A stretch of DNA of 64,000 bases from contig NIVC01001077.1 in assembly GCA_002269645.1 (NCBI GenBank), positions 62,001 through 126,000 on the forward strand. The letters run 5' to 3'. Both the position numbers and the translations under genes were made by a program. The stretch is from Macrostomum lignano (lineage: Eukaryota). A model generated the notes under the pieces. That model saw only the letters and a list, made by a program, of their open reading frames with translations, was not told the origin of the DNA and did no database searches. Of this stretch, positions 1 through 11,900 are shown piece by piece (position 1 is the stretch's first letter; each line of letters starts with the position of its first letter).

Positions 1-2786
1 GCAGTCGTCAAACAGGACGGCCACTTGGGTGTTGTTGAAGTCGGTGAGCACGTAGGCTGTGAAGCTGCTTGTGAGAGTCTGGGGGAGGAGGGAGCGGAGC
101 GATAGCTTGGTTGCTATGCAGTTGCTATGTGGTTACTATGCGGTAACAATTATGTTGCTATGCGGTTGCTATACTGTAACTATGATGTTGCTATGCTGTA
201 ACCATGTTGCCATGCGGTTGCTATGCTGTAGTTATGTGGTTGCTATGCGGTTGTTATGCTGTAGCTATGTGGTTGCTATGCGGTTGCCATGTGGTTGCTA
301 TGCTATAGCTATGTGGTAGCTATGCGGTTGCTATGCGGTTGTTATGCTGCTTTAAATGAGAGGCAGCTAGATATCGGCTGTACTTTTGCGGTTGCTATGC
401 CACAGAAAAGTAAAGCAATGAAAAAATTCTGTGAAGCCTTTGACAACCTGCTAGAAATAACATTAATAATTGTTAAGAAGAATTTGGAAGAATTTTTATT
501 GCAAAAACGTAACAAACATACCATAAATTTACCTGCTAAACTAGTTATTTTTTCCAGCTAGCAAGACTAAATAAGAATAAAGCTTACGTCTGGCTTGACC
601 AGTTGTCATCAATAATTAATTATTTAGCTAATCAACGAGTACAGAGCAATCAAATTAAAATTTTTAATGAGCCAAGTCGCCAAATTCTCGACCAAATTTT
701 ATGGCGAGTTTAGGCAAAGACCACGTGATGCCATGGCTTCGTAAACAGCCCTACAGTCGTGATTTTGCTTTGCTATCCAGTTGTTTAGATAGACTTGAAA
801 ACAGCCGGCGCGAAAAAGTAATTTTTAAAAGTACACGCTGACATATTTAAGTTTAAAAAAATAAGAATTCGACACTTCTTTCTTTTTTTCAAGCTCAAAA
901 TTATAGGCAAATTTCGTACCCTGGAAGCGTAGCTCTCCGCCACGTGTTTGTACTGCACAGCCGCTGCCCACTGCGGCGCCTGTAGCAGCGCGGCTGTTGG
1001 CGAGACGCTCAGCAGGTGGGCCCGGACCACGCTCGGGTTGGAGTCGTATGAGTTGGCGGTGATTTGAGTCGACTGCAGATTTTGGTTTTAAGTAACAGAA
1101 TTTACTCAGAAATGCTGATAAGAGCACCTGGCTTTATTGGGACACACCTGTTGACTGATAAGAGCGCCTGGCTTTATTGGGACACACCTGCTGACTGATA
1201 AGAGCACCTGGCTTTATTGGGACACACCTGCTGACTGATAAGAGCACCTGGCTTTATTGGGACACACCTACTGACTGATAAGAGCACCTGGCTTTATTGG
1301 GACACACCTGCTGACTGATAAGAGCACCTGGCTTTATTGGGACACACCTACTGACTGATAAGAGCACCTGGCTTTATTGGGACACACCTGCTGACTGATA
1401 AGAGCGCCTGGGTTTATTGGCACACACCTGCTGACTGATAAGAGCACCTGGCTTTATTGGGACACACCTGCTGACTGATAAGAGCGCCTGGGTTTATTGG
1501 CACTCACCTGCTGACTGATAAGAGCACCTGGCTTTATTGGGACACACCTGCTGACTGATAAGAGCAACCTGAGTTTATTGGGACACACCTGCTGACTGAT
1601 AAGAGCGTCTGGGTTTAGTAAAAATTAAATTTGAACATTTTAAGCAATAACTGTGGGCATATTACTAAATATTACGCAATAATTATTCGCTGACTCACCC
1701 CTGATGTGTACTTGTTCGACCAGAAGGCGGCCACAATGCCGCACAGGCTGGGAGTTTTTACCCAATATTGTGCGGCCGAATCGAACTCAGGGTAGTTGCT
1801 GGGCAGGCCGGACATTGGCCCCGGACGGCTGAACTTGTTGAAGCCGTTGGCAACTTTTCTGCGCTGAGCGGCGTCCAGCGACATGTCCGTGAACGCCAAA
1901 ACACCCGTCCTGGTGGCCTGGGGTGGTTAGGAATGCGGGCACGGTTGAGTCACTTCTCAGACTCACGGAGCCTAATTCTCTCTGTCGGAATACCGCAGCA
2001 GAATTAAAAAAAAGCTTACATAGAATGCTGACGCAAACCGATCCCCAATCGGGAATCGCATAGCCTGAGACAAGGGATAAATCAGCTTCAAGTCCGTCAG
2101 GACATCCCAACTGCTGTCGAAACCCGAAGGCACCACCGATGTGTTCGGGTCTAAAATAAAGGTTTAAGAAAAATAGTGTTTAATCAAAACTGATTCATTT
2201 AGGATGGCAAAACAAAGTTGAAGATGTCACTCACTGCAACAGTTGTTGCTGCCTCCTAGTTTCTGGGTGTACGGGCTCAAGCACTCGCAGGTGTAACCGC
2301 CGTCGGTGTTGGTGCACGAGCCTCTGGGAGCCGCGTCGCAGTTGTTAAGGGACCTGTCTGAGCACTCGTCTTTGTCTGTTTGAGAACAAAAAAGTTTTTA
2401 TATACATGTAAAACTTTCAAAGTAGAAGCCAAACCTTGAGAAGCCAAGCCTTGAGAAGCCAAACCCTGAGAGGCCAAACCTTGAGAAGCCAAATCCCTGA
2501 GAGACCAAGCTCTACAAAAGCCAAAACCGGGACAGCTTACCCACGCAGACTTGGCCGGACATCTTGTAGCCAGAGTCGCACACGCAGTAATAAGACCCAA
2601 TCGTATTAACGCAGGACTTCATGCCGAATCTCAGCGTCCCATTGTTCCTGCACATGTTGCTGCTGAGCGAGCACTCGTCGAAGTCTTAGCAAAATTAGGA
2701 AGGATTAGAAAAATTAGCAAACTAGCAAATTAGCAAAATTATTAACAGCGCCAACTGACTAACTAACTAACTAACTAACTAACTAT

Positions 2787-2820
<34 letters not shown>

Positions 2821-2850
2821 GACTAACTAACCAACTAACTAACTTACTAT

Positions 2851-2940
<90 letters not shown>

Positions 2941-2941
2941 G

Positions 2942-2994
<53 letters not shown>

Positions 2995-5900
2995 TTAACT
3001 AACTGACTAACTAACTAACTAACTAACTAACCAGCTAACCAACCAACTTGCATCTACTACTAAACTAAATCATTAATTTACTCACTCACTCACTCACTCA
3101 CTCACTCACTCACTCACTCCCTCACTCACTCACTCACTCACTCACTCACTCACTCACTCACTCCCTCACTCACTCACTCACTCACTCACTCACTCACTCA
3201 CTCACTCACTCACTCACTCACTCCCTCACTCACCTTCGCAGGGCAGGCTGACATTTTTAGCCGCGTATCCGGTAGCGCAGGCGCACAGAAACGTGGAAGC
3301 GCCGTTCTTCTGGGTCACCGAGCAGCCAGTGGAAAACGGGCCGCATGGGTTCGGGGTGCACGGGTCAGTAGGCACTAAAAATGCGGGCAAACGCAAACAT
3401 GGACTTCAACAGACAATTGCATGAAGCCGAGGACAGCAAAGCAAAATCCTCGTACCAACACACTCCGGTAGAGACGTCACGAAAGTCTCCGAGTCGGGAC
3501 CGAGGCCTGCGTTTTCACAATAACTGCTGCTTGACGTCAGCCGACCGCAATTGTCCTTGCACTGCCGTCTTCGAATGTTTAAGCACGAGCCGCAGGTGGC
3601 CGAGCAGCTCTCCAAAACCCAGTCCGAATAAGAGAAACCCGTGAGGCAAGGGTCAGCTGTAGTTGTAGTTGGCGGCAGGGCAGTAGTTGAGGTGGCGCTA
3701 GCTGTGGTTGTGGTGGCGCTAGATGTGGTTGTGGTGGCGCCAGCTGTGGTTGTGGTGGCGCCAACTGTGGTTGTGGTGGCGCCAGCTGTGGTTGTGGTGG
3801 CGCCAACTGTGGTTGTGGTGGCGCCAGCTGTGGTTGTGGTGGCGCCAGCTGTGGTTGTGGTGGCACCAGCGGTAGTTGTGGTTGTGCCAACAGTAGTCGT
3901 AGTTGCTCCAGCTGTGGTTGTGCCAGCTGTAGTTGTGGTTGCGCCACCTGTGTTTGTGGTTGTGCTAGTTGTGGTTGTGGTTGCTCCAGCTGTGGTTGTG
4001 CCAGCTGTAGTTGTGGTTGCGGCATCTGTGGTTGTGGTCGCGCCATCTGTGGTTGTGCCAGCTGTGTTTGTGGTCGCGACATCTGTGCTTGTGGTGGCGC
4101 CAGCTGTGGTTGTGGTGGCACCAGCGGTAGTTGTGGTTGTGCCAACAGTAGTCGTAGTTGCTCCAGCTGTGGTTGTGCCAGCTGTGTTTGTGGTCGCGCC
4201 ATCTGTGGTTGTGGTCGCGCCATCTGTGGTTGTAGTTGCTCCAGCTGTGGTTGTGGTTGCGCCATCTGTGGTTGTAGTTGCTCCAGCTGTAGTTGTGGTT
4301 CCGCCAGATGTGGTTGTAGTTGCGCCATCTGTGGTTGTAGTTGATCCATCTGTGGTTGTGGTTGCTCCAGCTGTAGTTGTGGTTGATCCATCTGTGGTTG
4401 TGGTCGCGCCATCTGTAGTTGTGGTCGCGCCATCTGTAGTTGTGGTTGATCCACCTGTGGTTGTGGTTGCAGCATCTGTGGTTGTGGTTGATCCACCTGT
4501 GGTTGCGGTTGATCCATCTGTGGTTGTGGTTGATCCATCTGTGCTTGTCGTTGCTCCAGCTGTAGTTGTGGTTGATCCATCTGTGGTTGTGGTTGCGCCA
4601 TCTGTGGTTGTGACTGCGCCAGCTGTACTTGTGATCGCGCCATCTGTAGTTGTGGTCGCGCCATCTGTAGTTGTGGTTGATCCACCTGTGGTTGTGGTTG
4701 CGGCATCTGTGGTTGTGGTTGATCCACCTGTGGTTGCGGTTGATCCATCTGTGGTTGTGGTCGCGCCATCTGTGGTTGTGGTCGCGCCATCTGTGGTTGT
4801 GGTCGCGCCATCTGTGGTTGTAGTTGCTCCATCTGTGGTTGTGGTTGATCCATCTGTGGTTGTAGTTGCGCCATCTGTGGTTGTAGTTGATCCATCTGTG
4901 GTTGTGGTTGCTCCAGCTGTAGTTGTGGTTGATCCATCTGTGGTTGTGACTGTGCCAGCTGTAGTTGTGGTCGCGCCATCTGTAGTTGTGGTTGATCCAG
5001 CTGTAGTTGTGGTTGCGCCATCTGTGGTTGTGGTCGCGCCATCTGTGGTTGTGGTCGCGCCATCCGTGGTTGTAGTTGCTCCAGCTGTAGTTGTGGTTCC
5101 GCCAGATGTGGTTGTAGTTGCTCCATCTGTGGTTGTAGTTGATCCATCTGTGGTTGTGGTTGCTCCAGCTGTAGTTGTGGTTGCGCCATCTGTGGTTGTG
5201 GTCGCGCCATCTGTGGTTGTAGTTGCTCCACCTGTGGTTGCGGTTGATCCATCTGTGGTTGTGGTCGCGCCATCTGTGGTTGTGGTTGCGCCATCTGTGG
5301 TTGTGGTCGCACCATCTGTGGTTGTGGTTGATCCATCTGTGCTTGTCGTTGCTCCAGCTGTAGTTGTGGTTGCGCCATCTGTGGTTGTGGTCGCGCCATC
5401 TGTGGTTGTAGTTGCTCCATCTGTGGTTGTGGTTGATCCATCTGTGGTTGTGGTTGCTCCAGCTGTAGTTGTGGTTGATCCATCTGTGGTTGTGACTGCG
5501 CCAGCTGTAGTTGTGGTTGCGCCAGCTGTAGTTGTGGTCGCGCCATTTGTGGCTGTGGTTGATCCAGCTGTAGTTGTGGTTCCGCCAGATGTGGTTGTAG
5601 TTGCTCCATCTGTGGTTGTGGTTGATCCATCTGTGGTTGTGGTTGCTCCAGCTGTAGTTGTGGTCGCGCCATCTGTGGTTGTGGTTGATCCATCTGTGGT
5701 TGTGGTTGCGCCATCTGTGGTTGTAGTTGATCCATCTGTGGTTGTGGTCGCGCCATCTGTGGTTGTAGTTGCTCCATCTGTGGTTGTGGTTGATCCATCT
5801 GTGGTTGTGGTTGCGCCATCTGTGGTTGTAGTTGATCCATCTGTGGTTGTGACTGCGCCAGCTGTAGTTGTGGTCGCGCCATCTGTAGTTGTGGTCGCGC

Positions 5901-8900
5901 CATCTGTGGTTGTGGTTGATCCACCTGTGGTTGTGGTTGCGGCATCTGTGGTTGTGGATGATCCACCTGTGGTTGCGGTTGATCCATCTGTGGTTGTGGT
6001 CGCGCCATCTGTGGTTGTGGTCGCGCCTTCTGTGGTTGTAGTTGCTCCATCTGTGGTTGTGGTTGATCCATCTGTGGTTGTGGTTGCTCCAGCTGTAGTT
6101 GTGGTTGATCCATCTGTGGTTGAGGTCGCGCCATCTGTGGTTGAGGTCGCGCCACCTGTGGTTGAAGTTGATCCATCTGTGGTTGTAGTTGCTCCAGCTG
6201 TAGTTGTGGTCGCGCCATCTGTGGTTGTGGTTGCTCCATCTGTGGTTGTGGTTGATCCATCTGTGGTTGTAGTTGCTCCAGCTGTAGTTGTGGTTCCGCC
6301 AGATGTGGTTGTAGTTGCGCCATCTGTGGTTGTAGTTGATCCATCTGTGGTTGTAGTTGCTCCAGCTGTAGTTGTGGTCGCGCCATCTGTAGTTGTGGTT
6401 GCGCCAGCTGTGGTTGTGCTTGATCCATCTGTGGTTGTGGTCGTACCAGCCGTGGTGGTTGTAGTAGGCGCTTCAGTGGTGGTTGTAGTAGGCGCTTCAG
6501 TGGTGGTTGTAGTAGGCGCTTCAGTGGTGGTTGTAGTAGGCGCTTCAGTGGTGCTTGTAGAAGGCGCTTCAGTGGTGGTTGTAGTAGGCGCCGCAGTGGT
6601 GGTTGTAGTAGGCGCTTCAGTGGTGGTTGTAGTAGGCGCTTCAGTGGTGGTTGTAGTAGGCGCTTCAGTGGTGGTTGTAGTAGGCGCTTCAGTGGTGGTT
6701 GTAGTAGGCGCTTCAGTGGTGGTTGTAGTAGGCGCTTCAGTGGTGGTTGTAGTAGGCGCTTCAGTGGTGGTTGTAGTAGGCGCTTCAGTGGTGGTTGTAG
6801 TAGGCGCTTCAGTGGTGCTTGTAGTAGGCGCTTCAGTGGTGGTTGTAGTAGGCGCTTCAGTGGTGCTTGTAGTAGGCGCTTCAGTGGTGGTTGTAGTAGG
6901 CGCTTCAGTGGTGGTTGTAGTAGGCGCTTCAGTGGTGGTTGTAGTAGGCGCTTCAGTGGTGGTTGGAGTTGGCGCCGCAGTGGTGGTTGTAGTAGGCGAT
7001 TCAGTGGTGGTTGTAGTTGGCGCTTCAGTGGTGGTTGTAGTAGGCGCTTCAGTGGTTGTAGTAGGCGCCGCAGTGGTGGTTGTAGTAGGCGCTTCAGTGG
7101 TGGTTGTAGTAGGCGCTTCAGTGGTGGTTGTAGTTGGCGCTTCAGTGGTGGTTGTAGTAGGCGCTTCAGTGGTGGTTGTTGTAGGCGCTTCAGTGGTGGT
7201 TGTAGTAGGCGCTTCAGTGGTGGTTGTAGTAGGCGCTTCAGTGATGGTTGTTGTAGGCGCTTCAGTGGTGGTTGTAGTTGGCGCTTCAGTGGTGGTTGTA
7301 GTAGGCGCTTCGGTGGTGGTTGTAGTAGGCGCTTCAGTGGTGGTTGTAGTTTGCGCCGCAGTGGTGGTTGTAGTAGGCGCTTCAGTGGTGGTTGTAGTAG
7401 GCGCTTCAGTGGTGGTTGTAGTAGGCGATTCAGTGGTGGTTGTAGTAGGCGCTTCAGTGGTGGTTGTAGTAGGCGCTTCAGTGGTCGTTGTAGTAGGCGC
7501 CGCAGTGGTGGTTGTAGTAGGCGCTTCAGTGGTGGTTGTAGTAGGCGCTTCAGTGGTGGTTGTAGTAGGCGCTTCAGTGGTGCTTGTAGTAGGCGCTTCA
7601 GTGGTGGTTGTAGTAGGCGCCGCAGTGGTGGTTGTAGTAGGCGCTTCAGTGGTGGTTGTAGTAGGCGATTCAGTGGTGGTTGTAGTAGGCGCTTCAGTGG
7701 TGGTTGTAGTAGGCGCTTCAGTGGTGGTTGTAGTAGGCGCTTCAGTGGTGGTTGTAGTAGGCGCTTCAGTGGTGGTTGTAGTAGGCGCTTCAGTGGTGGT
7801 TGTAGTAGGCGCCGCAGTGGTGGTTGTAGTAGGCGCTTCAGTGGTGGTTGTAGTTGGCGCTTCAGTGGTGGTTGTATTAGGCGCTTCAGTGGTGGTTGTA
7901 GTAGGCGCTTCAGTGGTCGTTGTAGTAGGCGCTTCAGTGGTCGTTGTAGTTGGCACCGCAGTGGTGGTTGTAGTTGGTGGTTCAGTGGTGGTTGTAGTAG
8001 GCGCTTCAGTGGTGGTTGTAGTAGGCGCTTCAGTGGTGGTTGTAGTTGGCACCGCAGTGGTGGTTGTAGTTGGTGGTTCAGTGGTGGTTGTAGTAGGCGC
8101 TTCAGTGGTGGTTGTAGTAGGCGCCGCAGTGGTGGTTGTAGTAGGCGCTTCAGTGGTGGTTGTAGTTGGCACCGCAGTGGTGGTTGTAGTTGGCGCTTCA
8201 GTGGTGGTTGTAGTAGGCGCCGCAGTGGTGGTTGTAGTAGGCGCTTCAGTGGTGGTTGTAGTAGGCGCTTCAGTGGTGGTTGTAGTAGGCGCTTCAGTGG
8301 TGCTTGTAGTAGGCGCTTCAGTGGTGGTTGTAGTAGGCGCTTCAGTGGTGGTTGTAGTTGGCGCCGCAGTGGTGGTTGTAGTAGGCGCTTCAGTGGTGGT
8401 TGTAGTAGGCGCTTCAGTGGTGGTTGTAGTAGGCGCTTCAGTGGTGCTTGTAGTTTGCGCCGCAGTGGTGGTTGTAGTTGGTGGTTCAGTGGTGGTTGTA
8501 GTAGGCGCTTCAGTGGTGGTTGTAGTAGGCGCTTCAGTGGTGGTTGTAGTAGGCGCTTCAGTGGTGGTTGTAGTAGGCGCCGCAGTGGTGGTTGTAGTAG
8601 GCACCGCAGTGGTGGTTGTAGTAGGCGCTTCAGTGGTGGTTGTAGTAGGCGCCGCAGTGGTGGTTGTAGTAGGCGCTTCAGTGGTGGTTGTAGTAGGCGC
8701 TTCAGTGGTGCTTGTAGTAGGCGCTTCAGTGGTGGTTGTAGTAGGCGCTTCAGTGGTGGTTGTAGTAGGCGCTTCAGTGGTGGTTGTAGTAGGCGCTTCA
8801 GTGGTGCTTGTAGTAGGCGCTTCAGTGGTGGTTGTAGTAGGCGCTTCAGTGGTGGTTGTAGTAGGCGCCGCAGTGGTGGTTGTAGTTGGCGCCGCAGTGG

Positions 8901-11900
8901 TGGTTGTAGTAGGCGCCGCAGTGGTGGTTGTAGTAGGCGCTTCAGTGGTGGTTGTAGTAGGCGCTTCAGTGGTGGTTGTAGTAGGCGCTTCAGTGGTGCT
9001 TGTAGTAGGCGCTTCAGTGGTGGTTGTAGTAGGCGCTTCAGTGGTGGTTGTAGTAGGCGCTTCAGTGGTGGTTGTAGTAGGCGCCGCAGTGGTGGTTGTA
9101 GTTGGCGCCGCAGTGGTGGTTGTAGTAGGTGCCGCAGTGGTGGTTGTAGTAGGCGCTTCAGTGGTGGTTGTAGTAGGCGCTTCAGTGGTGGTTGTAGTAG
9201 GCGCTTCAGTGGTGGTTGTAGTAGGCGCTTCAGTGGTGGTTGTAGTAGGCGCTTCAGTGGTGGTTGTAGTAGGCGCTTCAGTGGTGCTTGTAGTAGGCGC
9301 CGCAGTGGTGGTTGTAGTAGGCGCTTCAGTGGTGGTTGTAGTAGGCGCTTCAGTGGTGGTTGTAGTAGGCGCTTCAGTGGTGGTTGTAGTAGGCGCTTCA
9401 GTGGTGCTTGTAGTAGGCGCTTCAGTGGTGGTTGTAGTAGGCGCTTCAGTGGTGGTTGTAGTAGGCGCTTCAGTGGTGGTTGTAGTAGGCGCTTCAGTGG
9501 TGGTTGTAGTAGGCGCTTCAGTGGTGCTTGTAGTTTGCGCCGCAGTGGTGGTTGTAGTTGGTGGTTCTGTGGTGGTTGTAGTAGGCGCTTCAGTGGTGGT
9601 TGTAGTAGGCGCTTCAGTGGTGGTTGTAGTAGGCGCTTCAGTGGTGGTTGTAGTAGGCGCCGCAGTGGTGGTTGTAGTAGGCACCGCAGTGGTGGTTGTA
9701 GTAGGCGCTTCAGTGGTGGTTGTAGTAGGCGCCGCAGTGGTGGTTGTAGTAGGCGCTTCAGTGGTGGTTGTAGTAGGCGCTTCAGTGGTGCTTGTAGTAG
9801 GCGCTTCAGTGGTGGTTGTAGTAGGCGCTTCAGTGGTGGTTGTAGTAGGCGCTTCAGTGGTGGTTGTAGTAGGCGCCGCAGTGGTGGTTGTAGTAGGCAC
9901 CGCAGTGGTGGTTGTAGTAGGCGCTTCAGTGGTGGTTGTAGTAGGCGCCGCAGTGGTGGTTGTAGTAGGCGCTTCAGTGGTGGTTGTAGTAGGCGCTTCA
10001 GTGGTGCTTGTAGTAGGCGCTTCAGTGGTGGTTGTAGTAGGCGCTTCAGTGGTGGTTGTAGTAGGCGCTTCAGTGGTGGTTGTAGTAGGCGCTTCAGTGG
10101 TGGTTGTTGTAGGCGCTTCAGTGGTGCTTGTAGTAGGCGCTTCAGTGGTGGTTGTAGTAGGCGCTTCAGTGGTGGTTGTAGTAGGCGCTTCGGTGGTGGT
10201 TGTAGTAGGCGCTTCAGTGGTGGTTGTAGTAGGCGCTTCAGTGGTGGTTGTAGTAGGCGCTTCGGTGGTGGTTGTAGTAGGCGCTTCAGTGGTGGTTGTA
10301 GTAGGCGCCGTAGTGGTGGTTGTAGTAGGCGCTTCAGTGGTGGTTGTAGTAGGCGCTTCAGTGGTGGTTGTAGTTTGCGCCGCAGTGGTGGTTGTAGTTG
10401 GTGGTTCAGTGGTGGTTGTAGTAGGCGCTTCAGTGGTGGTTGTAGTAGGCGCTTCAGTGGTGGTTGTAGTAGGCGCTTCAGTGGTGGTTGTAGTAGGCGC
10501 TTCAGTGGTGGTTGTAGTAGGCGCTTCAGTGGTGGTTGTAGTTGGCGCTTCAGTGGTGGTTGTAGTAGGCGCTTCAGTGGTGGTTGTAGTAGGCGCCGCA
10601 GTGGTGGTTGTAGTTGGCGCCGCAGTGGTGGTTGTAGTAGGCGCCGCAGTGGTGGTTGTAGTAGGCGCTTCAGTGGTGGTTGTAGTAGGCGCTTCAGTGG
10701 TGGTTGTAGTAGGCGCTTCAGTGGTGGTTGTAGTAGGCGCTTCAGTGGTGGTTGTAGTAGGCGCTTCAGTGGTGGTTGTAGTAGGCGCTTCAGTGGTGGT
10801 TGTAGTAGGCGCTTCAGTGGTGGTTGTAGTTTGCGCCGCAGTGGTGCTTGTAGTTGGTGGTTCAGTGGTGGTTGTAGTAGGCGCTTCAGTGGTGGTTGTA
10901 GTTGGCGCTTCAGTGGTGGTTGTAGTAGGCGCTTCAGTGGTGGTTGTAGTAGGCGCCGCAGTGGTGGTTGTAGTAGGCGCTTCAGTGGTGCTTGTAGTAG
11001 GCGCCGCAGTGGTGGTTGTAGTAGGCGCTTCAGTGGTGGTTGTAGTAGGCGCTTCAGTGGTGGTTGTAGTAGGCGCTTCAGTGGTGGTTGTAGTAGGCGC
11101 TTCAGTGGTGGTTGTAGTTTGCGCCGCAGTGGTGGTTGTAGTTGGTGGTTCAGTGGTGGTTGTAGTAGGCGCTTCAGTGGTGGTTGTAGTAGGCGCTTCA
11201 GTGGTGGTTGTAGTAGGCGCTTCAGTGGTGCTTGTAGTAGGCGCTTCAGTGGTGGTTGTAGTAGGCGCTTCAGTGGTGCTTGTAGTTGGCGCTTCAGTGG
11301 TGGTTGTAGTAGGCGCTTCGGTGGTGGTTGTAGTAGGCGCTTCAGTGGTGGTTGTAGTAGGCGCTTCAGTGGTGGTTGTAGTAGGCGCTTCAGTGGTGGT
11401 TGTAGTAGGCGCTTCAGTGGTGGTTGTAGTAGGCGCCGCAGTGGTGGTTGTAGTAGGCACCGCAGTGGTGGTTGTAGTAGGCGCTTCAGTGGTGGTTGTA
11501 GTAGGCGCCGCAGTGGTGGTTGTAGTAGGCGCTTCAGTGGTGGTTGTAGTAGGCGCTTCAGTGGTGGTTGTAGTTTGCGCCGCAGTGGTCGTTGTAGTAG
11601 GCGCTTCAGTGGTGGTTGTAGTAGGCGCCGCAGTGGTGGTTGTAGTTGGCGCTTCAGTGGTGGTTGTAGTAGGCGCCGCAGTGGTGGTTGTAGTAGGCGC
11701 TTCAGTGGTGGTTGTAGTAGGCGCTTCAGTGGTGCTTGTAGTAGGCGCTTCAGTGGTGGTTGTAGTAGGCGCTTCAGTGTTGGTTGTAGTTTGCGCCGCA
11801 GTGGTGGTTGTAGTTGGTGGTTCAGTGGTGGTTGTAGTAGGCGCTTCAGTGGTGGTTGTAGTAGGCGCTTCAGTGGTGGTTGTAGTAGGCGCTTCAGTGG

